This document shows positions 10,858 through 22,703 of a stretch of DNA of 64,000 nucleotides, piece after piece; the first letter of the stretch is position 1; the number at the start of each line of letters is the position of its first letter. Location: assembly GCA_051313645.2 (NCBI GenBank), contig JBNRSN020000003.1:155186001-155250000 (forward strand), read 5' to 3'. Below the pieces are notes generated by a model. It was not told the DNA's origin, ran no database searches, and was given only the letters and a program-made list of their open reading frames with translations. Source of the DNA: Centroscyllium fabricii (lineage: Eukaryota). Made by a program: the position numbers and the translations under genes.

Positions 10858-11540
10858 ATTCAATTCAATTCAATACTTTATTTGTCACATGTACTAAAAT
10901 ACAACGGGTGCAATCTAGACAGTGAAATGCTTTCTTTACGAGCTGAATGCACTGCGCAACAAAGGACACTAAGCTGCTCGCCACGCATGGAACCCGCAAG
11001 ACGGCAGCCATATTTCGGCGCCATCATCATGGGTCCCATTTCGCCCCGCTCCGGCTTCTCCTGCTCTCAAAGTTCGATGTTCTTCAGTCGCTCCGTTCAC
11101 CCCGCTGCTGCGGCCTCCTCCTCCTTCTTCATGCCCAGCTCCCCCTCCTCCCAGTCGGTACCTCGAGCCTCGAGCCTCCTGCCACTTCGCTGCCTCCGCC
11201 CGACTCGCTGAACTCATCGGCGCAGATGTAAAGCTCTGATAGTGGGAGCAGTGTCCGACGGCCCGGGGCCTACTTCTCCCGCCATGCCGGCTCCCCTGGA
11301 GCCGCTCGAACTCCCAGCCCACTCCCGGCGGCCATCTTTTTTTCCGAGTCACCGGGTCAACTTTCACCCACATTCTGCTCCCTTACTGTAGTAAGAGGGC
11401 GTGATCCAGTGACATCCCGCACCCCTCCAGCTCTGCCGTTCAACCGGGCTCACTCCCGGCGTCTCTCGTGCGTGGATGGCGGCGGATTGACGTTTCGCCC
11501 ATTTTGACACTCACCCGCTTGCCTCCATGACGGCCGCTAC
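10858..11540 (-). mobile_element. GC-rich non-autonomous element with Rex1/Babar-type 3' tail
   Basis: Minus-strand end ...TGTGACAAATAAAGTATTGAATTGAATTG resembles the tail of the Rex1-type LINE at 60985; CpG-rich body with no RT similarity. Confidence 0.55.
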
Positions 11541-14500
11541 TTTGTCATAACAATTGACATATTAAAACAGAAACAATATTGTACATTACATAAAATAAAA
11601 TAGTGTATCCTCTAAGTCACCATGAATAACACCATGGAAGGTCCATTAGTTATCTAATTAAATCTTGCATTAATTTCTGAGGTTTCTTTTTAGATATTAG
11701 CTGATCTCCCGTGGTGATGCTCTTGCCAGTCTGGAGTCCAGAGCATGGTTGCAATGATCAATGTGGTCGCAGTTCAAGCCAATAAATGGAACACAACCGG
11801 GTAGAGACTAGCGATCTTAGTATAAGAGGGCTGATGGCACCAGGAAGGTGACTATAATGAGAGATGTATCCAAACAGCAGAGGACCAGGGAGGGGAGCAC
11901 AACAGAGCCACAAAGAGGTGTACACTATTTTTAAATTAAAACTACAGGATCTCAGGTGAAGTAGAGGCTTATATATTTGATAGTGCTAGCGATGCAGTGA
12001 AATTGTAGCTATTCTGAGAGAATTTTATTGTTCCCTGGATCAGATTCCCAATCAGAAGGACGTAGCTGTGGAAACATTTTTGTCCAATGAGAAAGTTGGA
12101 ATGTGTCTTTAAAGTACCTGAATGTTTATGATTGCCAGCAAGTCCAGCCAATGACAGAATGTGCCACAACTTTGTGTTTGCAAGCTCCGCTTACCTGCCA
12201 TGTGAGATACAGTGAAAGTAGGGATGCCAACTCTGATTGATTTTTTCTCTGATGCTTGTTTGATTATTGATTGGCAACTATTTAGTAAATTGAAATGATG
12301 ATTGATTTGTTTTTGGGGTTGTAGCTGCTTGCTGATTGGTGTTTTCCCATCCGCTTTCTGCTCGCTCATTGATAGGTGTTCCAGCTGTTTAGTAACATTT
12401 GAGGCAGTCTGTATCATTCAATTAAAATTGATTTGCTGTGATCTGTTCCTTTTTTATGTTAAGTAATATATATTTTTTATTCACAGAATTTGGGCATCAC
12501 TGGCGTTATTGGCCATCCCTAATTGAGAAGGTAGTGGTGAGCCACCTCCTTGAACCGCTGCAGTCCATTGTAGCAGTTTTTATTTTTATATGACAGAGTG
12601 GCTTGCTAGCGGCTAGTTCAGAAGGCAGTTAAGAGTCAACCACATTGCTGTGGGTCTGGAGTCACATATAGGCAGACTGCTGTGGTGGGATTTAAATTCA
12701 AGTCTCTAGATTATTAGTCCAGTAACATAACCGCTATGCTACCGTACCCTTATTTCAGGTAGATGGGCAGACACTTTGCATATATGATGTGTGTCACTTT
12801 CAAGTGTGATACTTTCAAATATCAAATTGATTTTCCTCCACACTATAGATACTGTTAGATGTTATATAGATTCATTTTAGGATACCACTTAAGGCAGCAC
12901 CATTCCTTGTTCTCCCAATCTCTAATTTGTTCGGAATTCTTCTATTTTAGAGTAGATAGGATATAATTTTATACATTGTCTTAATGTTTCAAATTATTAC
13001 AACCAGAATCAATAGAACAGTGTATTTAGAAGAGCAATCTATATGCACAGCCTAAAGTCTCCTTAATGAAATGTTTAACCCGCATAGAATATAACAACAA
13101 ATCAGCCGTGAATTATCCACCCACAACTTCCCACCATTCTTCAAATGGCTAATAATTATGTAAACTGCACACTAAAAAGATAAATAAATGCTTTAATGAC
13201 AGATAACCCCTCAGGGAAAATAGTTGTTCTGTAATGTGTCACCCGATTACACCTACTGCTTTGCAGAAAAATGAGATTGCCAATGGCATTCAGAAGTGTT
13301 ATGATACACACAAATGTTAAAAAAATGTTGATTGTTTAAATCTAATGCCTTTAGGAATACAGGTAATACCTTTTAGATTATGCTGCTATGTTTTTGTTTC
13401 CATGGATATTGACATTGCTGATTTAGCAAATAAATCAAGAAACAAAAAGGCAGTCCACATCGAACTATCATTTCCTCTGTTTGAAAAAAAGTGAGAAAAA
13501 TATTTTTCCTTTGTCATTTTTGAACTTCCAATGTAATCACTGGAACAATGGCTTTTCAAAAGTCCAATTCCTGGGAATGCAATTTTGTTTCTGAGAATAG
13601 ACAATCACCCTGCACCGATAAACAGTGGTTCTTTAACATTTCTCAAGCAGTTAATGAGACACCTAACAGGAATAAATTTCAAAGATTTATTAATCCAGCT
13701 GTGTATGAACTGTGCAATATTTGTGCTAAATGCCTCAATGCAAATGTCCTGCATGGCCTATGTGCACCATACAGGAAAATTGGCACATTTATGGTACAGG
13801 TAGACAAGAAAGACAAAGGAGAAAAAATAGTTTTACACAGGTTTTGTAAATAAACAATATTCTTTATATAGGATATTGTTGGAACTGAATTGGTTCCAGA
13901 GGCTCACATGCAAATTCCTTACACTCGTTTAAAAACAACTGACTGAATCATATTTAATGATCCCATATGAGGTACAAGAGTTTAAAAAAAAATCTTTGTT
14001 ATCTTCATAGTATTAGTTGTTACAATAAGTAAGAGTTCTCCTAAATAGATTTACTTTACTTTAATCGTGCTGTGTATGTGTGGGCTTGGTTTGTGCTGCA
14101 CCTCTCTCTGTCTATCTGTTGATGCTTAGATTTTCTTTAAGAGCAGACCTAAAGTTAAACAATGTTTATTGAAAGCCTATTTGTAGTGAAATGTCAAACA
14201 CTGCACTATCACAAGAGCTGGTATCTGATCTGCTTTAAGAAGTGTTCCAGCTTCACTGCTCATTATGTCTCCTTAAAGCAGTTTATTGCGCTACAGTGCA
14301 AGCAAATTGGTTCTAATTACAGACAAAATTTATATATCTGGAGTTCATCATAAACCAAGCATATTTGTTTTAAATTCAAAATCACAATTTAAAACTGATT
14401 TCACATTCACAGAGAAGTACAATAGTTACCTTATGCTTCCCAGATGAGATTTAATTGTACTGTATAATATATATAAACATTCAGATCCTCACACCTGTGT

Positions 14501-15109
14501 CAGTGAAAAGATGCAGAGATCAGCAGACGTTCCGGCAGCTTCTTTCTAACCATTGAAGAGACCTGCATTAGTAATGACCAGATTTCACCTTGAATGCCTT
14601 CTCTGATTACATAGTAAACATGTAAATTTACTCTGCGTTGCTGTGTTGCATGCAATGTCACTGAGGGGTTGAAACAGGAGCTTACTTCATTATACAATTG
14701 AAGTGTTTATATTGGCTGCATGATGGATAAATAACATAGCTACATGGTCATGTAGATAGTATATCCCATCCCATAAATGCCTCCGATTGCATGCTTATCA
14801 GATTTGAACTATTTTCTCGGGTGATGTAAATTAAAATTTAGGACAAGCGTTTGGTAAGTATTTTAAACTATTAATGTCAAAATCCCAGATGGATGTGTGA
14901 TTTACTCAAATGTGCCATTACCCAGCACAGTGAATTATGCAAACTGGTTGACACTTTTGCCTTTCCCCACTCCATCTGTACGTTCTCCTATTTTCCCCAC
15001 CTCCATGGAATCTACTTGAAATTGAAGAGCAGGGTCTTAATTTTAACTATGCTGTGTTATAAGAGCACTGGAATGTAATGAAGAGCCAGTCTTAATTATC
15101 TCTCCAATC

Positions 15110-15860
15110 ACAATTTATCTGATAGTGAAGCAGCTCATGCCAGCCTACAGCAGGAACTGGACAATGTCCAGGCCTGAGCTGATAGCATTTGTGTCACACA
15201 AGTACTAGTTTATGTGCATTTCCAACAAGAAAAGTCCAAGCCACCTCCCTCTTACCTTCAATGACACCACCATCACTGAGTATCCCATCATCAACAGCCT
15301 CGGGTCATCATTGATTAGAAGATTAACTGAAGCAGCTATATTAACAAGCAGGACAAATAATGGGAGTTTGATAATAAGTGAGTCACCTCTCTCAAAAGCC
15401 TGTCCACCAGCTACAAGGCTCAAGTTAGTCCATTTGATTAACAGCCCTACTATTGGATTTAATATCTACCCCTTCCACTAGCGGTGCCATGAGGCTGCAC
15501 TATATATTATCTACAGGGTGCACAGCACCAACTCACCAAGCTTACTTTGACAGCACCTCTCGGCCCAGTAACCTCTACCATCAAGAAGGACAACAGCAGC
15601 AAGAATAGAGGAACACCATTATGTCCAACTTCATCTCCAATTCACATACCTTGCTGACTTGGACATATACTGCCATTACTTAATCGTTGCTAAGTCAAAA
15701 TCATGGAAGTTCCAACCCAACACCTTTGCTGGAGTACCATCACCACAAGCACAGCAGTGAGTCAAGAAGAAGCCCAACACCACCTTCTAAGAACAACCAG
15801 GGATGGGCAATAATAATGTGGGTTTGTCATCAATGCCCATAAATGACAAGCAGTAAAAAA
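15110..15860 (+). mobile_element. Degenerate CR1/L2-group LINE 3' fragment
   Basis: Similar by eye to 47100-47940 (CACCACCTTCT...AGGGATGGGCAATAA tail). A related minus-strand remnant lies at ~12480-12745. Confidence 0.6.
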
Positions 15861-16891
15861 GTAATCTTAGTTCCTGGAATGGCCTTACAGTATAGCAGTA
15901 AACATAGAAACATAGAAGATAGGAGTAGGAGTAAGGACTGTGTTGGCTGCTTGGAGCAGATTATGTACTGTGTTGTTTTGTAGTTTAATCTTTTCCCCAG
16001 CGGTTTTCACATCAATATTGTAAAAGTCTCAAAATCACCACCTCCACAATATTTTTGAAGTGTTTTGCAAGGTACTTTATTTAGAAGACATCATTCCCTT
16101 TAAATATGTAAATTTGATTACATAAATAAATATTATCATAGAGTGGAGGGGTTGTTTAAACTAAATTCCTGGAACAAGATGTATGTGTTGTTGAGGATTA
16201 GGGAATGTCTGCATTTTAACAGATACTCTATCTGTTGCAGTGAGAGTTCCTCATTTTTGTTATTAAAAAGTGCAGCAACAGATAAATTATTGCACACCTC
16301 TTTGTACACAAGTATAATAAATGACCCACATTACCATTTAAAGAGAAAGTGACTGGTTTTGCTGTGTACCAGTTTATAGTTATAGATCATATGTGACCTT
16401 GTATAGCATCCAAGTGTTGATGGGGAATCTGGCTTTTTATTGGATAAAATCAATTAACCTATTTTATCATCAAACCTTGTTATTGGGGCCTGAAAATGTA
16501 CTAGGGGTTCATTTATCTAGGTTTCATCATACTTACCGAGTATATTGGAGCTTCAGCTAGATTCAACAAAGTATTTTACAAGAGGTTTACAATAATTAAG
16601 TTAGAGCCCTGTAAAACAGTCTCAGTAAAACCCTTCTTGTTAGCTGACCCTATTGTAACCCTATTTTAGCATTACAATCTTGTAAAATATCCCCTCTTCT
16701 TGTTAGGTACTGTGGAGCATTGGAAAAACTCATTGCATAGGAATATTTAGCAGTAATAACTGAAGTCAATGAACATTGAAAAATTCTAAAAAGGCAAACA
16801 TGTGTATGATGTTATTCTAAACAGACTGAGTTTAATCGTCTAGAATTTGACATTGTCCAAAACTCTTGAGCATTTTAAAGCCCTGCAAATG

Positions 16892-17540
16892 TGGGGAGGA
16901 GGAGGAGGAGGGGNNNNNNNNNNNNNNNNNNNNNNNNNNNNNNNNNNNNNNNNNNNNNNNNNNNNNNNNNNNNNNNNNNNNNNNNNNNNNNNNNNNNNNN
17001 NNNNNNNNNNNNNNNNNNNNNNNNNNNNNNNNNNNNNNNNNNNNNNNNNNNNGTGAGGGAGGAGGAGGAGGGGGAGGGGAGATGGGGCAGGGAATGGGAA
17101 GGGGAGGAGCAGGGAGTGGGGTGAGGGAGGGGGAGGGTGGCGAGGAGGAGGGGGGAGGGAAAGGGAGAGGAGGGGAGGAGGAGGGAAGGGGAGGAGGAGG
17201 GGCGAGGGGGTGAGGGAGGGGGAGGAGGGGTGAGGGAGGTGCAGGGGGAGATGGGGGAAGGGGAGGGGGAGGGAGATGGGGAGAAGAGGAGGAGGGGCGA
17301 GGGAGTGGGGTGAGGGAGGGTGGAGAGGGGAGGGAGATGGGGAGGGGAGGAGGAGGGATGAGGGAGGGGAATGGGGTGAGGGAGGGGGAGAGGAGGGATG
17401 GGGAGGGGAAGGGGAGTGGGGAGAATGAGGGGGAGAGGGGTAGGAGGTTGTTGTACAGGCCAGTCGTGAGACAGAGGTTTTTGGGGAGGCCTGGGTGTGC
17501 TGGGGAGGAGGGGGCGGGGGGGGGGGGGGGGGGGGGGGAG
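16892..17540. repeat. G/A-rich low-complexity tract containing a 139-N assembly gap (16914-17052)
   Basis: GGA/GGGA runs and long poly-G; N run directly visible. Confidence 0.9.
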
Positions 17541-17827
17541 ATGGTCGAACAGGCCAGTCGTGGGACAGAGGTTTTTACAGGTCCAGGAGGAGCACTTGTG
17601 CTTCTTTTGGACTCATCCAAAAATAATTCAAGATTTCCTGTGTTGTTTAGTGAGCAGCCCCAGTAATCACTTTAACAACTGATGGTTAGGCCAGTCAATG
17701 CCTATAGATAGGTGAAGCAGGTACGGCACCGCTTCCCACATTTGTATCTGAAAATTTCAATCAGTGTCCCACAACTGGCATAAGCTCCCAATTTGCATAT
17801 TTAGCAGCCTTGCACCTGTTTCAGCGG

Positions 17828-18010
17828 GTGGAGATGGAGCACGCGGTGTCCGCTGGCACACTTGAGGCCTTCTGCGACCAGTGGGCGCCGCGCGGACTGG
17901 AGTGCATTATCACTCTGGCCAATGAAATTTTAATTTAATTTGTTAAGGTTCCTTAAAGTTTATTTAAGTTACAGTTTATTCGTTTAATCACCCAACAAGA
18001 AGAGTACATT
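17828..18010 (+). mobile_element. Tx1/L1-type ORF2 C-terminal fragment
   Basis: Translates EMEHAVSAGTLEAFCDQWAPRGLECIITLANEILI*, like fish Tx1-type ORF2 ends; possible GTTTCAG direct repeat on both sides. Confidence 0.45.
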
Positions 18011-18888
18011 AGTTTCAGGCACATTGGCTGCTCGCCCATTTACAGACCCACCTAAAAGTTGCATCAGGCTGGCCTTGCTTGTTAATGGGGTGGCTGAGGT
18101 GGACCATCCCCCTACCCCCACCCCAACTTTCAATTGCTGGCTGTCTGCTTTTCATGCGGCCAGCAGTTGAACATCATCCCCAGGGAGTCAAGTTCAAGTG
18201 TTGTTTTAAGGTGAAGCAGGGTTAGAGGGCAGGGTGTAATTGGCTCAGGGCTTTCAGATGAAATATAGTTCTCATTTTAATGTCATACATTCTGTCCTTA
18301 TGTTTATATAATATTTTGATTGTATGTTATTATTCAGGAGATAAGTTGTAAAATTTACGGCAATTTGGGAAGCAGAAGGTAGAGTTGGCTGGAGCATGGG
18401 ATTTTCTCGTCGTAGTACAGGCTGAGGAGCCTGGAAATGCGAAGCTGAAGTGGTGCGGCACCACCACGGGCGGGCGAGAGGCTCTAATTACAGTCTAATT
18501 TCCATTATAAATATGGGCATAGGAAATTATAATGAAAAAATGAACACAGAAGTGTAACAAAAACATGAAATATGAACTAAGGAATTGTTTACAAAAAGAG
18601 TACCCTGATGTAATTATATAAAAGTAAGAACACGATATATGATTTTAAAATGGGGACCAAATTGCATCTGCATGCCCTGATTCAATTACCCTCTGCCCTC
18701 TAATCCTGGTTCATCTGAAAATATATTTAGTCTTCACTCCCAATGTGCAATATCATAGGAGAGCAAAGATTATGTATATATCTTATTCAAACTGAGTCAC
18801 ATTTATTGTTAATCATCTGTTTCCAGTGCACACTTCTTGTGTGAGACGTCTATAAAATATTAGGAATATATATTTAAAGTGAGATTAT

Positions 18889-18914
18889 TGTGTGTGTGTG
18901 TGTGTGTGTGTGTG
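18889..18914. repeat. (TG)n microsatellite
   Basis: About 13 TG units followed by poly-G. Confidence 0.9.
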
Positions 18915-20833
18915 GGGGGGGGGTATTATTTGCATACATGCTAAACCTCGATAAAGGAGCATTAACTTTCTTTCATTTTGATCCTTAACACGCTGCCTTG
19001 ATATGACAGGCATTACTGAGGAGTGGAAAATTAGAATATTGTACTGTACTAAAATTAATTCAATTAAACCGTTGATACAAATAAAGGCTTTTGCAAGGTA
19101 TCGCGTGTGTGGTCTGGAGTCCTTTCATATCCCAGAATTTCAGCTCACTAGGGTCCTGCGTGCAAAGAAGGCATTGTCTGGAGAATATCACCCCGAGGGT
19201 TTCCCCCTACAACGAAAATATAGCCAGGACTCAGAGCAGATTGTATCCATTTGGGGGGAAATGGATATAATCTGTTCCTCGACGCCAGTCATTTTGAAAA
19301 TAATTAATTAGAAGTTCGACGTGAATATTTCTTTTGTGTTAGCTATTAAGCCACGAGAGTTGTAAACAAACAGATCCAATCAAGGTTGGGAAACCCGACA
19401 TAATACCTGTTAAACATCTGGATGCAATTTTCTAGTAAAGCGAAATTAAAACAAACGCGGGCCGCTTTGATGTGCGTTTCAGCGCTTTCATCAATCCCAG
19501 GTCCCAAAAGTGAAGCTGAATTTGGTCAAATGTGTGGCGTGAGGGGGACACAGACAAAATAATTCCCAATGTATTTAATTTCAAACTTCGTATTGCATTG
19601 CCTTCCCGCAGGAATAAAAAGCTAGCAGATTATGAATAAATAAGTTTAAGGGAAACCATCCTGTTCACATCTCAATGTTGTAAATTCCTTTTCACAATTA
19701 TAAATCGTCCTCTATAGTAACAGCCCAACAAGATGCAACTCCTTCAGCAAAACCTACATGTGAAGCTTTGCCACACAGTTATAATTAGTTAACATTCCTG
19801 GTCTGGCTCTTTTAGTTGTGGGTGGGACAAAGGCTTGTCTGTCTATTTTTTTCTCTCAGTCGGAGTTTTGAGCCCACGTTACTTTGAGTGACAGCTGGGA
19901 CCGCCGCTCCATTGTCACCCTCCGCCTGACTGGCGGTCCAGTCTTTATCGAACCCTTTCAGCCCAGCCCGAGAGAAACAAGCGGGGAGTGTGGGGGGAGC
20001 ATTGAGACCAGCCAGAGAGAGAGAGACAAACAGGCACCGTCTCCCAGCCCTGGAGTCCTATTGGCCCGCTCCTTGATCCATCAGCGTGATTGACGGCCCC
20101 TCAGTTGCCATTGGGAACGGTTGGCGCAAAGACAAAAACAACAGAGCGGCTCGCGATTGCTCGGTTCTGTCATCGCTCCGCCTGATTGACAGCCGGGCCC
20201 TTTCCGTCCGCCGCCTTCGATTGGACGGAACTTCCCGATGACGACACGGCCCCACGTGCGCGCAATGCCGCTTGCGGGCTCCTGATTGGCGGAGAGCGGG
20301 AAGGAGGCAGCCTGGGACTGCGCGTGTCTGAATGTGGTTAGTTATCAGTGTGAGGAGGGGATAGGAACCGCGTGTTAATCTAACCAGTGTGTGGGGGAAG
20401 CTGCCACATTGTTTTCCATTGTCGCAATTAGATCCGTTTAAACTTCGCACGGTATATATTTTGTATATCTCTTCTGGTGGATATTCTGCAATCAAAAGAA
20501 AAGAACCCAAGAAGATTTTCCCGGGGCGCTGTAGGAATTTGGTCGCCTTGTTGCAAGAAGTGGCAACTGCTTTTTTTTGTAAAAGGTTTTGTTGTCCTAA
20601 AGACCGAGTGGAGTTGAGCCGGGACAGCGGAAACTCGCAGTCTCTCCCGGAGGGGGTGCAAATATATTTTAAACATCACCTTTTATTGGGACCAGAACCC
20701 AGGATGCGCTTCCAGTAAACCTTGTTTTTTTTTTTTTTCTTTTGGAGGGGGTTCTTACTTAATGTGCGTTTCTTAAAGGAAATCGAGCGACTGTTTGTTT
20801 GAGCACCGGAGCCGAGCGGTCCCGGAGCCAGCG

Positions 20834-20857
20834 ATGTTTCCTCAGAGCAGGCATCCC
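20834..20857 (+). CDS. TLE1: TLE1 coding exon 1 (MFPQSRHP)
   Basis: ATG TTT CCT CAG AGC AGG CAT CCC followed by donor GTAAGT. MFPQSRHP is the TLE1 N-terminus (TLE3 starts MYPQGRHP; TLE4 has MYPQTRHP). Confidence 0.93.
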
Positions 20858-21337
20858 GTAAGTAGGAGCAGGCAGCGCCCGGGCCCGGCCCTTTGTTGAT
20901 TCAGTCTATGATCTTTCGTCAAAGAAAAGTAAAGCACGTTTAGCGAAATGCTGTATTTCTCCACCGCCAACAAAGTGTGGCATCTCTGCAAACCGCCTGC
21001 AGCCCAGCGGAAAGCTCATCCTAATTGCGGCCCAATAACGCGCGTCTGCACATCTCTTCAATCCTGTTTTAAAATGTCATCTTTCACTGAGCGTCCGCTT
21101 GAAAGTTGGGCAGAAGGCTCACCGTTTTTTTTAACGTGGATCAACAAAAGGTCCAGTGTTGAGTTCCAGTGGAATGACCTTGCCCTCTTTCAGCACCATG
21201 CGCTGTTTGTTCGTTTGCTTCAAAAAGTCTGTCGGAAAGTTTCTAGTATAAATACGTCTAGGACGCGAGTGGCATCGTTCGTGGTCTTGTGTTTGTGTAC
21301 TTGTAATTTTTGTTTCTTTCCCCTCTTGTTTCCTCAG

Positions 21338-21438
21338 ACGCCGCACCAGGCTGCAGCCCAGCCTTTCAAATTCACCATCCCCGAATCGCTGGACCGTATT
21401 AAGGAAGAGTTCCAGTTTTTGCAGGCTCAGTATCACAG
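21338..21438 (+). CDS. TLE1: TLE1 coding exon 2 ([33 protein letters not shown])
   Basis: Polypyrimidine tract plus CAG acceptor, 101 nt, donor GTGATC. Groucho Q-domain sequence; [11 protein letters not shown] matches TLE1. Confidence 0.96.
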
Positions 21439-22112
21439 GTGATCACAGTCTCCCATCCTCTGCTTGGGGAAAGTGTTTGTTTTCTGCCGCTCGGTCCAGT
21501 CGCCAGTGTTGTTGTTGGTTTGTCTGCGGTAGGTAGCCCACGGTTACTCTCGCTCGCCACACAGCGGCGCTCTCGCTGCGGCTAGATTTGGGATTCTTTC
21601 AAAAGGCTCCAAACAAACCACTGATATTGAGGAAAACAGCAGCTGCTCTGTTCTGGACCCTCTCAATTGTACTTTTTTTGACATCTGCAATTTTTAAATC
21701 TATTTTATAAATTGCAGCAATTGATTACAAGTATATAAAACTCAGTTCAAGTTAAGAACGAAGCCAAGTTCACACTTGGTGCTGAGTGTTTCCAGCATTT
21801 TCTGTTATTTCAGATTTCCAGCATCTGAAGTATTTTGCTATTGTAAGCCATTTGGACCAGTAGCATTTATATTTGATGCTTTATGCACCCTGATCTTTAC
21901 AGTTGCATTAATAATATCTGGTGCATAATGAGTTGTTATCCTTCGATTATTTAGTACTTTTATTTTTGTCATTACGGCATTCTCTTACCACTGGAATCTT
22001 GAAGATTTATTCAGGTTTTCTTCAGAAGTGCACTGTTTATATATTGATGCATGACTATTTATTTATTCTGCTCTCTTAAGATGGAAGTAATGTTACCTTT
22101 TGTGTTTTACAG

Positions 22113-22176
22113 TCTCAAGTTGGAATGTGAGAAACTGGCAAGTGAAAAGACAGAAATGCAGCGACATTATGTCATG
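22113..22176 (+). CDS. TLE1: TLE1 coding exon 3 ([22 protein letters not shown])
   Basis: TTTTACAG acceptor, 64 nt, phase matches exon 2, donor GTGAGT. Confidence 0.97.
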
Positions 22177-22295
22177 GTGAGTTTAAACAAGTACCTTGTA
22201 AAATTAAAAGCAGTGTTTTATTAGCTAGTGATGTTTCCCAATGTGAACTGGAAAATATACTACTGAGAGTTCACACTTGATATTTTGTTAACAAA

Positions 22296-22604
22296 GGGCA
22301 GCACGGTGGCATAGTGGTTAGCACTGTTGCCTCACAGTGCCAGGGGTCAGGGTTCAAATCCAGCCTCGGGTACTATCTGTGTGGAGTTTGTACATTCTCC
22401 CTGTGTCTGCCTGGGTTTCCTCCGGGTGCTCCAGTTTCCTCCCACAGTCCAAAGATGTGCGGGTTAGGTTGATTGGCCAGGATAAATTGACCTTTAGTGT
22501 TAGGGGGATTAAATATGTGGGGTTACGGGGATAGGGTGGGATATGTGTCGGTGCAGGCTCGATGGGCCGAAATGGCCTCTATCTGCACTGTAGGGATTCT
22601 ATGA
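22296..22604 (+). mobile_element. HE1/V-SINE-type tRNA-derived SINE (tail type A), TLE1 intron 3
   Basis: A/B boxes TGGCATAGTGG / GGTTCAAATCC, V-domain GTGTGGAGTTTG...CTCCCACAGTCCAAAGA, TSD TTAACA. Confidence 0.88.
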
Positions 22605-22658
22605 TTAACATACTGAAATTCTAGTTTTGTTTAAGTTTAATACTTTCCTCTTTTACAG

Positions 22659-22703
22659 TATTATGAAATGTCTTATGGATTGAATATTGAAATGCATAAA
22701 CAG
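22659..22703 (+). CDS. TLE1: TLE1 coding exon 4 (YYEMSYGLNIEMHKQ)
   Basis: TTTTACAG acceptor, 45 nt, donor GTAAGA; highly conserved Groucho peptide. Confidence 0.97.

Larger units (their letters stand above)
19870..21600 (+). promoter_or_regulatory. CpG-island promoter / 5' UTR of TLE1
   Basis: Non-repetitive CpG-rich stretch over exons 1-2 with several inverted CCAAT boxes (ATTGG near 20060, 20110, 20220, 20285) and an E-box CACGTG near 20253. The TSS cannot be determined from sequence. Confidence 0.75.

Noticed and set aside
16832-17620. 262-aa proline-rich ORF
   Set aside because: Translation of low-complexity sequence spanning an N gap; no splice or domain support.
20058-20718. ORFs on both strands of the promoter (150 aa and 109 aa)
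   Set aside because: Typical CpG-island open frames with no recognisable protein similarity.
22296-22370. tRNA-like sequences with A/B boxes (also 26021, 30431, 54953, 50910, 56780)
   Set aside because: They are SINE heads followed by SINE bodies and LINE tails, not tRNA genes.
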